A stretch of 33,221 nucleotides of DNA from Myxococcota bacterium (GCA_041288095.1 JBGGMJ010000076.1:1-33221), one strand, 5' to 3'. Positions 9,844 through 20,200 are shown, counted from the stretch's first letter. The notes: generated by a model from the sequence alone, not told the origin. Numbers and translations: made by a program.

Positions 9844-10086
9844 ATGCAGTCAAACCCCCTGGCTGACGTACTTGGTCTCACTTTTTGGCAGAGCACGAAC
9901 GGCAATCTGGGCGCGCTGGTCGGTCGGGCGCGTGAGCTCGTCGAAGATCTGATTGTCCGCGCCGGCGGAGCGCCGAGCGAGCCGACGTGGAAAATTGCCG
10001 GTCGGCTGGTGCGCTACGTGGAAACGCACCCCGTCGACTACGAGCTCATCCTCGCGCTCAACCAAGTGACGCGTCCCGCGGCCTGA
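9844..10086 (+). CDS. Hypothetical protein (~80 aa)
   Basis: ORF fills the gap between the RHH gene and the WYL genes; ATG 9844 is preceded by a TACTGT -10-like hexamer; no recognisable domain. Confidence 0.5.
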   Translation: MQSNPLADVLGLTFWQSTNGNLGALVGRARELVEDLIVRAGGAPSEPTWKIAGRLVRYVETHPVDYELILALNQVTRPAA

Positions 10087-10146
10087 CGCGGCACTTTACG
10101 CGGCGCTAGTTGCCACGTTGGCGATCGGCGTGTTACCGCCCGCCGA

Positions 10147-11166
10147 ATGAGCGCCGCCCGGACAGAGCGTCTGTTGAACCTCCTGACGTTGCTCCTCAAC
10201 GCACGTCGGCCGGTTTCTCTGCGCGAGATCCGTGAGCTCGAAGAGTTCGAGGCCTACAAGTCGAGCGACCCGAAGAGCGGCGAGCGCGCCTTCGAGCGTG
10301 ACAAATCCGCCTTGCTCGAGCTGGGCGTGCCGTTGCGCTGGGTCGCTCCGGAGCGCGAAGACGAAGAAGACGGCAGCGGCGGGTACTTGGTCGACCGCGA
10401 CAAGTACTACTTGCCCGACCTCGCGCTGCAGCCGACCGAGCTGGCGCTGCTCTCCATCGCCGGCGCCGCCGCCGCCAGTGTCGCCGGCTTTCCCGGTCGT
10501 GCCGCGGTCATCCGCGCGCTGGCGAAGCTGGGGTTCGACGTCGACGAAGCCCGCATGCCCTCGACCATGGCGCATTCGCCGGTCCAAGAGGGCGTCGATG
10601 CCGAGCGCGTCGGTGCGCATCTCGCCAAGCTCCACGAAGCCGTCGCCGTACAGCGCCGCATGCGCGTGGTCTACGACGGGGGCCGCGGTGCCGCGCCGAC
10701 GACACGTGAGGTCGACCCATACGGCCTCTACTACAAGCAGGGTGCCTGGTACCTCGTCGGTTTCTGCCACCTGCGCAAAGCGGAGCGCACCTTTCACCTC
10801 GCGCGCATCCGCGAGCTCGGCGACGTCCGGGCCGGCAGTCAGCACGAGTTCACCGTTCCCAAGGACTTCGACCTCGCCCAACACGCGCGCCGGCGTCCGT
10901 GGGAGTTCCCGCAAGAGAAGCCCTACGCGGTGACGGTGAAGCTCGCCGACCGGTTGCTGCCGGCCATGCACGAGATCTTCGGCCCGAACGTGACCAGTGA
11001 GCCTGCTCCCGGTGGCGGCGCCGTGGTGCGGCTCAGGGCGACGCACACCAACGCGCTGGTGAATACGCTCCTTCCCTACGGCGCGGCGGCCGAGGTGCTC
11101 GAGCCGCAATCGTTGCGCGACACCATGCGGAGCACCTACGAGCGCCTGGCGGCGGCATACACATGA
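10147..11166 (+). CDS. HTH-WYL-WCX transcriptional regulator, PafB-like
   Basis: RTERLLNLLTLLL; FERDKSALLELGVPL (PafB-type wHTH); WYL domain REVDPYGL..GAWYLVG..RTFHLARI; WCX LLPYGAAAEVLEPQSLR. Confidence 0.9.
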   Translation: MSAARTERLLNLLTLLLNARRPVSLREIRELEEFEAYKSSDPKSGERAFERDKSALLELGVPLRWVAPEREDEEDGSGGYLVDRDKYYLPDLALQPTELALLSIAGAAAASVAGFPGRAAVIRALAKLGFDVDEARMPSTMAHSPVQEGVDAERVGAHLAKLHEAVAVQRRMRVVYDGGRGAAPTTREVDPYGLYYKQGAWYLVGFCHLRKAERTFHLARIRELGDVRAGSQHEFTVPKDFDLAQHARRRPWEFPQEKPYAVTVKLADRLLPAMHEIFGPNVTSEPAPGGGAVVRLRATHTNALVNTLLPYGAAAEVLEPQSLRDTMRSTYERLAAAYT

Positions 11167-12128
11167 GCGTCACCGATCGCCTCGGACGTCTGCTCTTCAT
11201 CGTGCCCTACGTGGCGCACCGTGATGGTGTGACCTTGCAGGAGCTCGCCGAGAAGCTCGGGGTTACCACGTCGCAGATCGAATCAGACCTCGAGCTGCTC
11301 GCCATGGTCGGCCAGCCGCCGCTCACGCCCGATCACCTCATCGACCTGTACGTCGAAGACGACGTGGTCTACGTCGATCTCGACCAATCGCTGTCGCGTC
11401 CGCTTCAGCTGACACACGAAGAGGCGAGCGCGCTCGTCTTGTCGGCGAAGCTCGTCGGTGACCTCGGCGGTCTCGGCAACGAGCTCGAAGCCGTCCTCGC
11501 GAAGATCGCCGAGCATCTGAATCCGGCCGAGAAAGAAATGGTCGCGGTACTGGCGGAGCGCGTCGGTATCTCGCGCGAGCTGCCCGAGGGCGCGGTCTCG
11601 GCGAGCCTGCGCAAGGCCTGCGAAGCAAGCCATGAAGTGGCGCTCGAGTACTACTCGGCGTCCAGCGACCGCCACAAACGCTACCGCGCCAAGCCCTTGG
11701 GGCTCGTGTCGCACAGCGGCATCGAATACGTCGTGGCGCTCGACATCGACGAAGACGACCACGAGAAGCTGTTCCGCATCGATCGCATCGGCAGCGTGCA
11801 GGTCACTGACCGCACCTTCGAGAAGCCGCGGGACTTCGACCTCGCCCGCTTCCGCACGCAGCGCCTCTATTTCGGCGAGCGCGCGTTCACGGCGGAGGTC
11901 TGGTTCTCGAAGGCGGTGGCCCGCGAGGTCGCCGAGCGCTTCTCCGAGAGCGACGTCACCAAAGAGTCCGACGGCAGCCTCAAGGTGCGTGTCTCCACCT
12001 CGAGCCCCGCGTGGCTCGCGCGCTGGGTCTTGCCCTTCGGCGAAGACGCGCGCGTCTTGAGCCCCGAGCAACCCCGCCAGTACATTGCCGACCTCATGGC
12101 CGCCGCAGTCACGGCGTATCATCGCTAG
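11163..12128 (+). CDS. HTH-WYL-WCX transcriptional regulator, PafC-like
   Basis: DRLGRLLFIVPY..ELAEKLGVT..IESDLELL..P.HLID (PafC-type N-terminus); RPLQLTHEEA; LEYYSAS..LFRIDRI; WCX WLARWVLPFGEDARVLSP. ATGA overlap with the upstream WYL gene. Confidence 0.9.
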   Translation: MSVTDRLGRLLFIVPYVAHRDGVTLQELAEKLGVTTSQIESDLELLAMVGQPPLTPDHLIDLYVEDDVVYVDLDQSLSRPLQLTHEEASALVLSAKLVGDLGGLGNELEAVLAKIAEHLNPAEKEMVAVLAERVGISRELPEGAVSASLRKACEASHEVALEYYSASSDRHKRYRAKPLGLVSHSGIEYVVALDIDEDDHEKLFRIDRIGSVQVTDRTFEKPRDFDLARFRTQRLYFGERAFTAEVWFSKAVAREVAERFSESDVTKESDGSLKVRVSTSSPAWLARWVLPFGEDARVLSPEQPRQYIADLMAAAVTAYHR

Positions 12129-12140
12129 GAGAGACCACGG

Positions 12141-12602
12141 ATGGCGAAGCGTCCATCGATTCACGAGATGATCACTTCGCGCAAAGCGCCGAAGCCGGTC
12201 GGACCCTATTCGCAAGCCATCCGCACCAAGAGTCCGGGCGAGATTCTCTATGTCTCCGGCCAGATCCCGATCGAGGTCCCCAGCGGTAACGTCTTTCGCG
12301 GCGAAATCAAGAAGCAGGCGGAGATCGCGCTGACGCACGTCCGCAATATCGTACAGGACGCGGGCTTCACCATGGACGACGTGGTGAAGGTCACGATTTT
12401 TCTCACCGACATGAAACAGTTCGATGCCGTGAACGAGGTCTACACCAAGTTCTTCGTCGGCCAGATGTTGCCGGCGCGCGCCGTCGTGGGCGTCGCCGCG
12501 CTGCCCAAGGACGTGAACGTCGAGGTCGAGGCGGTCGCCGTCAAGAAGGGTATGTCGGCGATGGACGAGCTGTTCGGCGAGGAGCCCGCGCCGAAGCGCT
12601 GA
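12141..12602 (+). CDS. ridA: RidA/YjgF family reactive intermediate (enamine/imine) deaminase
   Basis: APKPVGPYSQA, LYVSGQIP, VVKVTIFLTDMKQFDAVNEVY, PARAVVGVAALPKDVNVEVEAVA (catalytic Arg present); SD AGGAG. Confidence 0.9.
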   Translation: MAKRPSIHEMITSRKAPKPVGPYSQAIRTKSPGEILYVSGQIPIEVPSGNVFRGEIKKQAEIALTHVRNIVQDAGFTMDDVVKVTIFLTDMKQFDAVNEVYTKFFVGQMLPARAVVGVAALPKDVNVEVEAVAVKKGMSAMDELFGEEPAPKR

Positions 12603-12603
12603 C

Positions 12604-13515
12604 ATGTTCGACGTGGTGTTTCTCGGCACGGCGGCAAGCACGCCGTCCATCGATCGTGGGTTGGCGTCGCTCCTCGTGCGCGCCGGGCGCGAGCGCTTCC
12701 TCATCGATTGCGGCGAGGGCACGCAACGTCAGCTCCTCAAGTCGGGCGTCGGCTTCCGCAAGCTCTCCGGCATCTTGCTGACGCACGCGCATCTCGATCA
12801 CATCCTCGGCTTGCCCGGGTTCTTGTCCACGCTGGCGTTGCTCGAGGCGGGGGGCGAGCAGCCCATGTTGATCGGGGCCTCCCCCGGGACCCTGCGACTC
12901 ACGCAACAGCTCCTGCGAGGTGTCTGGCCCAGCGGCCGCACGCCGTTGCCAGTGACGTGGAGGGAGCTTGCGCCCGGCGTCATCCATGGCACGCCCGACC
13001 TCGAGGTGCGTTGCTTCACGGTCCGTCATGGCGAGACCGACAGCTTGGGCTACGTCTTCGAGTCGCCGACGCGACGCCACCTCATTCCCGAGCGCCTCGC
13101 GGAAGTGGGCGTCCCGCATGGGCCCGAGCGCGCCAAGCTCGCGCGCGGCGAGCCCATCACTCTCGCCGACGGCAGAGTCATCTCACCCGACGAGGTCACG
13201 AGCCCGCCGACTCCAGGCACCAAGCTGGTCGTTGTCGGCGATGTGGAGGATACGACGGACATCCTGCCGCACGCCCGCGGTGCGGCGGCCATCGTCATCG
13301 AAGCGACCTTCCTCGGTCCGGACACCGCTCTGGCAAAGGCGCGCGCCCACCTCACGGCCCGCGCCGCCGCCGAGCTCGCCCGCGACGCCGGCGTCAAAGC
13401 GCTCTACCTCACGCACATCTCAGGTCGCTACGGCGCCGATGCGGTGCTCGCGGATGCGCAGTCTGTTTTCGCGGACACGCGTGTCGCCCACGATTTCTTG
13501 ACCATCAGCGTCTGA
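12604..13515 (+). CDS. rnz: Ribonuclease Z (tRNase Z, ElaC family metallo-beta-lactamase)
   Basis: FLGTAASTPS, LIDCGEGTQRQL, THAHLDHILGLPG (HxHxDH), GP-rich exosite arm GVPHGPERAKLARGE, EATF, HLTA, YLTHISGRY. Confidence 0.93.
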   Translation: MFDVVFLGTAASTPSIDRGLASLLVRAGRERFLIDCGEGTQRQLLKSGVGFRKLSGILLTHAHLDHILGLPGFLSTLALLEAGGEQPMLIGASPGTLRLTQQLLRGVWPSGRTPLPVTWRELAPGVIHGTPDLEVRCFTVRHGETDSLGYVFESPTRRHLIPERLAEVGVPHGPERAKLARGEPITLADGRVISPDEVTSPPTPGTKLVVVGDVEDTTDILPHARGAAAIVIEATFLGPDTALAKARAHLTARAAAELARDAGVKALYLTHISGRYGADAVLADAQSVFADTRVAHDFLTISV

Positions 13516-13516
13516 G

Positions 13517-14911
13517 CTAGCGCTCCGAGAGCTTGTCACCCGCGCGACCCTTGGGGCCGACGAGGGTCTTGGTGTCCAGGCTAGGCTCGACGTTCTGAGA
13601 GTAGGTGTAGCCACGCCACAAGCTCTCGAAGAGCTCGAACGCCGTCTGGTTGCGTGAGCGGGCGGCGACGATGATGGTCGCGGCGATGAGCGCGATCAAG
13701 GTGATCACCAGGACGGTCGGCCAGCTCGCCGGGGGTAGCGGCTCGATCACCGTCATCTCGAACGGCTTGGTGATGGGGATGGTGTCGGGCGTGAGTCGGC
13801 GGCGCGGCGTGGCCTCGTACAGAGTGGTCTTGGCTTCGCGGTGGAGCTCGTTGAAGGCGTTGGAAATGAGCTCGGCCGCGACGAGGACCTGGGTGCGTGG
13901 AATCCGCAACAGCGAGCTCGCGTTGATACAGTCCGTCGCCGTGACCGTCGCGTAGTGGCGCAGGCGGTCCTGCATGCTCGCGACATCACCTGGGAAGAGC
14001 TGTTGCATCAGGTCGCGGGCTTCGCGCCGGCCGACGATGCCGCCGTTGACGATGCGGAAGGGCGCGAGAGCGTCGGCGAGCTGGGACGCGGTCTCGAAAC
14101 GCTCGGTTGGATTCTTGGCGAGGCAGCGGCTTACCACCGCATCGAGGGCTTCCGGCACCACGGCCACGTCGGAGAGGCGCGGCGGCTGGTGGTTCGCGAC
14201 CTTGTCGAAGATCGAGAAAGCACTGCTGCCGTCGAAGGCGCGCTCACCGGAGAGCAGCTCGTACAACAGGATGCCAAGCGCGAAAATGTCGGCGCGGCGA
14301 TCGATGTTGCCGCCGGCGGCTTGCTCGGGGGCCATGTAAGCGAACTTGCCCTTGATGATGCCGGCGGCGGTCTTGTTGCTGCGGCTGTCCGCTTTAGCGA
14401 TGCCGAAGTCGATGAGCTTCACTTCGCCTTCGTAGTCCACCATGACGTTGTGCGGACTGACGTCGCGGTGCACGAGGCGCATCGGGCGTCCATCGGGGCC
14501 CAAGGCGTTGTGCGCGTAGTCGAGCGCCTCGGCCGCCTTGCTGACGATGTAGCAGGTGAGGGCGTGCGGCAGCTGGACGCGCATGGCCCGGCAGGACTTG
14601 ATGATGGCGTTCAGGTCGCGGCCCCAGACCAGCTCCATGGCGATGTAGAGCGCTTCGTCGATGCGGCCGAGCTCGACGGTCTGGGCGATGTTGGGGTGCG
14701 TGAGTCGTGAGGCGACCTTCGCTTCATCGACGAACATCGGCACCATCTCGGGATCGGTCGCCGCCGCGTTCGACATGCGTTTGATTGCGACGAGTCGGGA
14801 GATGCCCTCGCGCGCCTCCTTGGCGCGATAGATCTCGGCCATCCCGCCCCCGCTCACGCGGTCGAGGATGATGTATTTGCCGAACTGAATTGGAAATCTG
14901 TTGAACGACAT
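13517..14911 (-). CDS. Membrane-bound Ser/Thr protein kinase (Hanks type)
   Basis: GGMAEIYRA, VAIKR, LVHRDVSPHNVMV, DFGIAK, GKFAYMAPEQ, DIFALG; one C-terminal TM (VLVITLIALIAATIIVAA) and a short tail. Start 14911 (ATG) or 14956. Confidence 0.93.
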   Translation of the reverse strand: MSFNRFPIQFGKYIILDRVSGGGMAEIYRAKEAREGISRLVAIKRMSNAAATDPEMVPMFVDEAKVASRLTHPNIAQTVELGRIDEALYIAMELVWGRDLNAIIKSCRAMRVQLPHALTCYIVSKAAEALDYAHNALGPDGRPMRLVHRDVSPHNVMVDYEGEVKLIDFGIAKADSRSNKTAAGIIKGKFAYMAPEQAAGGNIDRRADIFALGILLYELLSGERAFDGSSAFSIFDKVANHQPPRLSDVAVVPEALDAVVSRCLAKNPTERFETASQLADALAPFRIVNGGIVGRREARDLMQQLFPGDVASMQDRLRHYATVTATDCINASSLLRIPRTQVLVAAELISNAFNELHREAKTTLYEATPRRRLTPDTIPITKPFEMTVIEPLPPASWPTVLVITLIALIAATIIVAARSRNQTAFELFESLWRGYTYSQNVEPSLDTKTLVGPKGRAGDKLSER

Positions 14912-15024
14912 GAATGACCTCGCGCCGCCGACGCCCACCAGCGACACTTGGCCCATTCATCGTCAGAAAAACGTGATTCTCCGCACAGTCGCGCTGCCGC
15001 CACGTCAGGGTGCCGGCAGAAAGC

Positions 15025-16557
15025 TCAAATCCTGGGCTTCCAGGCGCTTCCGGCGCGATCGGTGACCTCGTCGACTGCCGCCAAGGCAGCGACGTATTCG
15101 CCTTCGAGACCGAGGCCGGGGATCACGTCACGGCCGCAACGCACCAAATTCTTGAAGTAGCCCTTCTCGCGCTTGATGGCGATGCCGAGCACGGGGCGCT
15201 CGGCGGGCTCGTAGATTGGATGCAGCGCCCAAGGGTCGATGGTGCGCGTCATGTCGGTGTCGGCGTCCCAGCTCGCGGTGTCGGACGCCATGGATTGGTC
15301 GACGATGAACTCGTTCAAGAAGGGCACGAGCCGCGCGACTCGGCTGGCCATTTGCGCGCGCAGGGCCTGAAAGCGCGCCGGTGAGCGGGAGACCTCGCTG
15401 GTGCGGACCGGACAAGCGACGCTGAAGACCACGTGCGCGTCATCGTCGACGCGTCGATTGAGCTGCGAGTCCACGCGTTGCGCCGGATAGCGGCGCAAGA
15501 AGAGCGGCGGATCGGCCGGCTCGGCGCCCCGCTGGCGTTGACGGCCGTTCAACAGGAACACGCTCTCGGCCATGCCGTTGGGTACCACCTCGCGCTTGGC
15601 GAGGATGTTGAGCACCATGAGGCTGCCGACGGGACGGAGCACCGAGCGCTCCGCCGCGAGCTTCGCTTGCGCCTTCCCTTGGGGCAGGAGCTCCTCGAAC
15701 GGGCTGCTGGCGTTGTCGATGAAGAAATCGGCGGTGAAGGTGTGGCGGCCGTCGGCGAGCTCGATCTCGTGGAGCGTAGCCCCCTTCGGGGTGATCATCT
15801 TGACCAGCGCGCCGCGGCGCACATTGACGCCGGCCTCTTCGGCCGCTTTGACGAAGATGTCCGCCATATCGAACAAGCGATCGGTGAAGCTCACGGTGCC
15901 GCGGTAGTAGCGCGCGATCAGCCGGATGGCGTGGAAGGCGGACGGCGACTGCGCCGAGAGGTTGCCGAAGAAAGAGAGTGGGCCCAGCAAGAGCTCACGG
16001 ATGGGATGGTCGGTCGGGATGCTCTGGAAGATCGGATGGTCTTCGAACGGGACATCGAGGTGCTCCATCTCGGCGAGCTCGCGACGCACCTTGAAGCCCT
16101 CGAAGAAGCCCGTCGACAAGAGCTTGGGCTGCTTGGCCAGGAAGGCGCTGATCTCCGAGTCGATCTCGATGAGGCGGGTGAAGAAGTCGCGCACCTGGTC
16201 GACGAGCTCTGGGAACTCGAGCTTCAGCTCGCCGAGCCAGGCGTCGGGAGTCGAGCGCACGTCGATGCGATGGCCCGGCATGACCGCTTGGAACGAGGTG
16301 GCGGGCGTCTCGAGCTTGGCGCGCAACTGTGGCCCCAAGGCGAGCTCCTGATGCACGAGCTTCGCCGGCGGCGAGTCATCGAGATTGGGCACGAGCGTCG
16401 GCACCAAGGGGAGGCGGAAGCCGTTGCGGCGATAGGCATTCGTCTGCTCGCCGTGATCGACGAGCACGACGCGGCGGCCACGCTTGGCGAGCAAGGCGGC
16501 GGCGATGATGCCGGAGAGCTGGGTGCCGACGACAGCGACGTCGAAGTGCTGCGACAT
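15025..16557 (-). CDS. FAD/NAD(P)-binding oxidoreductase-fold protein (phytoene desaturase/GDI-like fold)
   Basis: N-terminal Rossmann FDVAVVGTQLSGIIAAALLAKRGRRVVLVD; C-terminal KNLVRCGRDVIPGLGLEGE. ATG 16557 chosen because the upstream extension overlaps the divergent gene. Confidence 0.75.
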   Translation of the reverse strand: MSQHFDVAVVGTQLSGIIAAALLAKRGRRVVLVDHGEQTNAYRRNGFRLPLVPTLVPNLDDSPPAKLVHQELALGPQLRAKLETPATSFQAVMPGHRIDVRSTPDAWLGELKLEFPELVDQVRDFFTRLIEIDSEISAFLAKQPKLLSTGFFEGFKVRRELAEMEHLDVPFEDHPIFQSIPTDHPIRELLLGPLSFFGNLSAQSPSAFHAIRLIARYYRGTVSFTDRLFDMADIFVKAAEEAGVNVRRGALVKMITPKGATLHEIELADGRHTFTADFFIDNASSPFEELLPQGKAQAKLAAERSVLRPVGSLMVLNILAKREVVPNGMAESVFLLNGRQRQRGAEPADPPLFLRRYPAQRVDSQLNRRVDDDAHVVFSVACPVRTSEVSRSPARFQALRAQMASRVARLVPFLNEFIVDQSMASDTASWDADTDMTRTIDPWALHPIYEPAERPVLGIAIKREKGYFKNLVRCGRDVIPGLGLEGEYVAALAAVDEVTDRAGSAWKPRI

Positions 16558-16614
16558 GAGGTCCCATGTCGTAGCCGCATGGCCCGAGGCGCGCAACCGA
16601 GTTAAAGGAATCGC

Positions 16615-17298
16615 ATGCCTCGCCTGCTCGTAGCCGTCGTCATCGCCGCCACCGCGTGCGGCAAACCAGCGCCGCCGATCGCGACGATTCCCTACGAGCA
16701 GACCTTCGATGGGCCGGCTTTGACCGGCGAGTGGCACAGCCCGAGTGGAGGCTGGTCGATCGTCGACGGACGCCTCTACAACGCTGGAGCTCACAACGTG
16801 CCCTTGTGGCTGTCGGCGTCGCTACCGAAGGACGTACGCGTCAGCTTCGACGTCGAGTCGAAGAGTGACGAGGTCGACTTCAAGTTCGAGATCTACGGCG
16901 ACGGCGAGCACCACGAATCTGGTTACAGTGTAATCTTGGGCGGCTGGAAGAACACGACGACGCTCATCGCGCGCCGAGGCGAGCACGCGCCGCGCCGCAT
17001 CGACGCTGATGACGCTTCACTGCGGGCGCAGGTCGCGCAAGACAAGGTGCGGGCCGCGACCATCAACAAGGATCGCAAGGACGCGGTCGCGAAGATGGAA
17101 AAGCTCGAGCCAAACCGTGTCTACCACGTGGCTTTCGACAAGCGCGGCAACGAGCTAACCTTGAGCATCGATGGCGAGGTCCACCTCACGTACTTCGACC
17201 CGTCGCCGCTGAACGGCCCCGGCGCCGACCGCTTCGCCTTCGCCAATTGGGCGTCGCGCCTCTACTTCGACAATCTCGCCATCACGCCTGTCCCCTAG
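16615..17298 (+). CDS. Lipoprotein with concanavalin A/LamG-like (DUF1080-like) beta-sandwich
   Basis: Lipobox ATA-C; beta-rich motifs GGWSIVDGRL, DVRVSFDV, SGYSVILGGWKN, YHVAF..LSIDGE, YFDNLAIT. Confidence 0.65.
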   Translation: MPRLLVAVVIAATACGKPAPPIATIPYEQTFDGPALTGEWHSPSGGWSIVDGRLYNAGAHNVPLWLSASLPKDVRVSFDVESKSDEVDFKFEIYGDGEHHESGYSVILGGWKNTTTLIARRGEHAPRRIDADDASLRAQVAQDKVRAATINKDRKDAVAKMEKLEPNRVYHVAFDKRGNELTLSIDGEVHLTYFDPSPLNGPGADRFAFANWASRLYFDNLAITPVP

Positions 17299-20200
17299 CC
17301 AGTAGTTGCACCGTGTCGAGCAGCGAAGCCGGCGTGACCGGCTTCGACAAATGGGCCGAGAAGCCTGCGCGCTGCGTTGCGGCGCGGTCCACTGCACGCC
17401 CGTACGCGGTCAAGGCTACTGCCTTCAGGGCGCGACCGCGTTCTCGTGCGCTCTCGCGTAGCATCGCGAGGAACGCGTAACCGTCGACATCGGGCATCGC
17501 GATGTCGCTGACGACGACGTCGATCGCGTTACCTTCGAAGATCGCGTTGCCCTCGCGCGCATTGCTTGCGACATGAACCATCGCTCCCGCGTCGCGCAGA
17601 ATCAGGGCGAAGAGCTCGCGCGAATCCTCGTCGTCGTCGACGACGAGCACGCGTAGGCCTGCGATCGTCGTGCGCCCAGGGGCCACCGCGGGCGACGCGT
17701 GTGCTGGCTCGCCGGAGGACGCGGTCATGCGGGGCGCCGAGGCGGGCAAGGTGACCTCGAGCGTTGCGCCTCGTCCCTCGCCCTCGCTGCGTGCCGCGAC
17801 CGAGCCTCCGTGGAGCTCGACGAGATGGCGGACGATCGAAAGGCCGAGACCGAGGCCGCCGTGAGCGCGCGTCGAAGAGCCGTCGGCCTGACGGAAGCGG
17901 TCGAACACATACGGCACGAGCTCAGGAGCGATGCCCACGCCGTCGTCACTTACACGCAGGGCTACAACCTCTCCGGTCACACCGGCCTCGATGCGAACCG
18001 TACCGCCGCGTTTGGTGAACTTCACGCTGTTGGCGAGGAGGTTCCAGATCACCTGGCGGAGGCGACCCGAATCGCCGACCATCGGCGTCGGCTGGCCAAT
18101 GCCGCTGGTATCGAGGCGTACGCCCTTGGCGTCGGCGGCGGAGCGGACGACTTCGACCGCGTCGCGCGCGACTTCGGAGAGATCCATCGGCCGGGCGTCG
18201 ATCTTCATCTTGCCGGTGATGATCCGCGAGACGTCGAGGATGTCGTCGATGATCTCGCGCTGGGCTTGAGCGTTCCGACGAATGACGTCGAGGCCCCGGC
18301 GCGCGAACGTCGCATCGGCGAGGTGCGCGTCGTCCAGCAGATGCGCCCAGCCAACGATGGCGTTTAGCGGGGTCCGCAGCTCGTGGGAAACGGTCGCAAG
18401 GAAGTCGTCCTTGACGCGGTTTGCCTCCTCGGCGCGCCGTGCGGCGTCTTGGCTAGCCCGATAGAGTCGCGCTTGTTCGACCGCCGCCGCACCGCGCCGC
18501 GCAAGCTCGGCCGCGAGCTCGAGGTCGTCACGGGTGTGATGACGGCCCGAGCGCCCGTGGCACAGCGTCAATGCACCGACTACCCGACCGCGGATGGTGA
18601 CCGGCACGGTGATCATCGAGCGCAGGCGCATGGCGTGCAGCGCCGCGAGATGTTCCTCGTTCGCCGCCATGTCCTTCAGGAAACGTTCGTCGATGTTCGG
18701 ATGAATGGCCGGCTGCCCGCTCGAGAGCGCGCAGAGGTTGATGTCGGTCCGCTCCGAGCGGACCCACCGCGACGCGGCGAGGATGGCAGAGACTTCGGGG
18801 TCCTCGTGGGCTTCCGACGTACGCCGAACTTCGCCGCGCTCCTCGACGATGTCGAAGAAGGCGAAGTCGGCAAGGGCTGGTAGAGCGATACGGACGACCG
18901 CCTGGAGCGTTTCATCGTAGTCGATTGATGCGGAAAACGTCTCGCCGGCGGCGGCGAGCAGCGAAACGCGCTCACGGGCCCGGCGCTCCATATCGAGGAT
19001 GAGCGCGCGGTCGAAGGCCTGAGCGCAATGATCCGCCAGCGTTCGCGCCAGTGCGCGTTCGTCTTCGGCGAAGTGACGCTCGGTGGCAAAGCCGAATGCC
19101 AGTACGCCGACCACGCTCCCCGCGCGATCGCAGAGCGGCTTGCACATGACGGCGCCCGACCTGGCCAGGGCCCCACGGGATTCCATGTCCGCAAAAGCAG
19201 CCATGCCGTCCCGTGTCTCGATGATTATGGGCTCGTTCCTTTTCGCGGCCGCGGTTACCGGGAGCTCGAGATCGAGCGATAATTGGCTGTATCGCTCGGG
19301 GTCGCGGAAATTGCAGTGCGCCAACAACCGCAACACGTTTCCGTCGCGCGCGAAGAGCAGGGCGGTATCCGCGCCGAGCGCCGCGGCGCCCTCGCGGCAC
19401 GCAGCCTCTCCGACGTCCGCGGTCGCGGGCGCACGGGCGAGCGCCGCCGTCACCGCTGCGATGCGGGTGATGCGGTCACGAGCACTCAGCTCGCGTGCGT
19501 AGAGCTCGGCATTCGTGATCGCAAGCCCCGCGCGCCGGCCGATCTCGACGAGGAGGTCGCGGTCACTCTCGTCGTACTCGCGGCCCGATTCCGACATGAT
19601 GAACGTCACCATGCCGCGGATGCGACCCTCGCTCACGAGGGGTGCCTGCACCGTCGACACCAGACCGAGCGAATGCAAGATCGCAAGCTGTTCGGGATCT
19701 TTGACCGAGGCTTCGATCATCTCGCGGGTGATGCGGCGCACCCATATCGCCTCCCCCGTGGCGGCGATCCGGGCGATCGAGCTCGTGGGATCGTCCAGGC
19801 GCGCGGGGAATCGCGCGGCGAAGGACTTTGCAAGGGCCACTTTTTGCGGATCGCTGTGGTGCGCGGTGAGGCGGCGAACGTTTCCAGCGGTAAGCAAATC
19901 GACGGCACACCAGTCCGCGACGTCGGGCACGACCGCCTTCGCGAGCGCGGTGAGCGTCTCGTCGACGTCGAGCGAGGCCGCGAGCATCTCCCCGACCTTT
20001 GCGAGGATGCGCAGGGCTCCTAGTGCGCGACCCGCCTCCGCCTGCAGGCGAGCGCGGTCGAGCGCTTGAGCAGCATGACCCGCGATGGCGATGGCGAGCT
20101 TCTTCTCGTCATCGGGAAACGGGTGCGGCGCCATGAAGCCGAAGACGATGACGCCCAGAGTGCGCCGCTCGATCGTGAGGGGAAGCGCGGCGAAGGCCAT

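Noticed and set aside
10147-12128. WYL genes as regulators of a phage-defence island
   Set aside because: No CRISPR, BREX, CBASS or restriction genes nearby; the sequences look like the PafB/PafC class and the neighbours are housekeeping genes.
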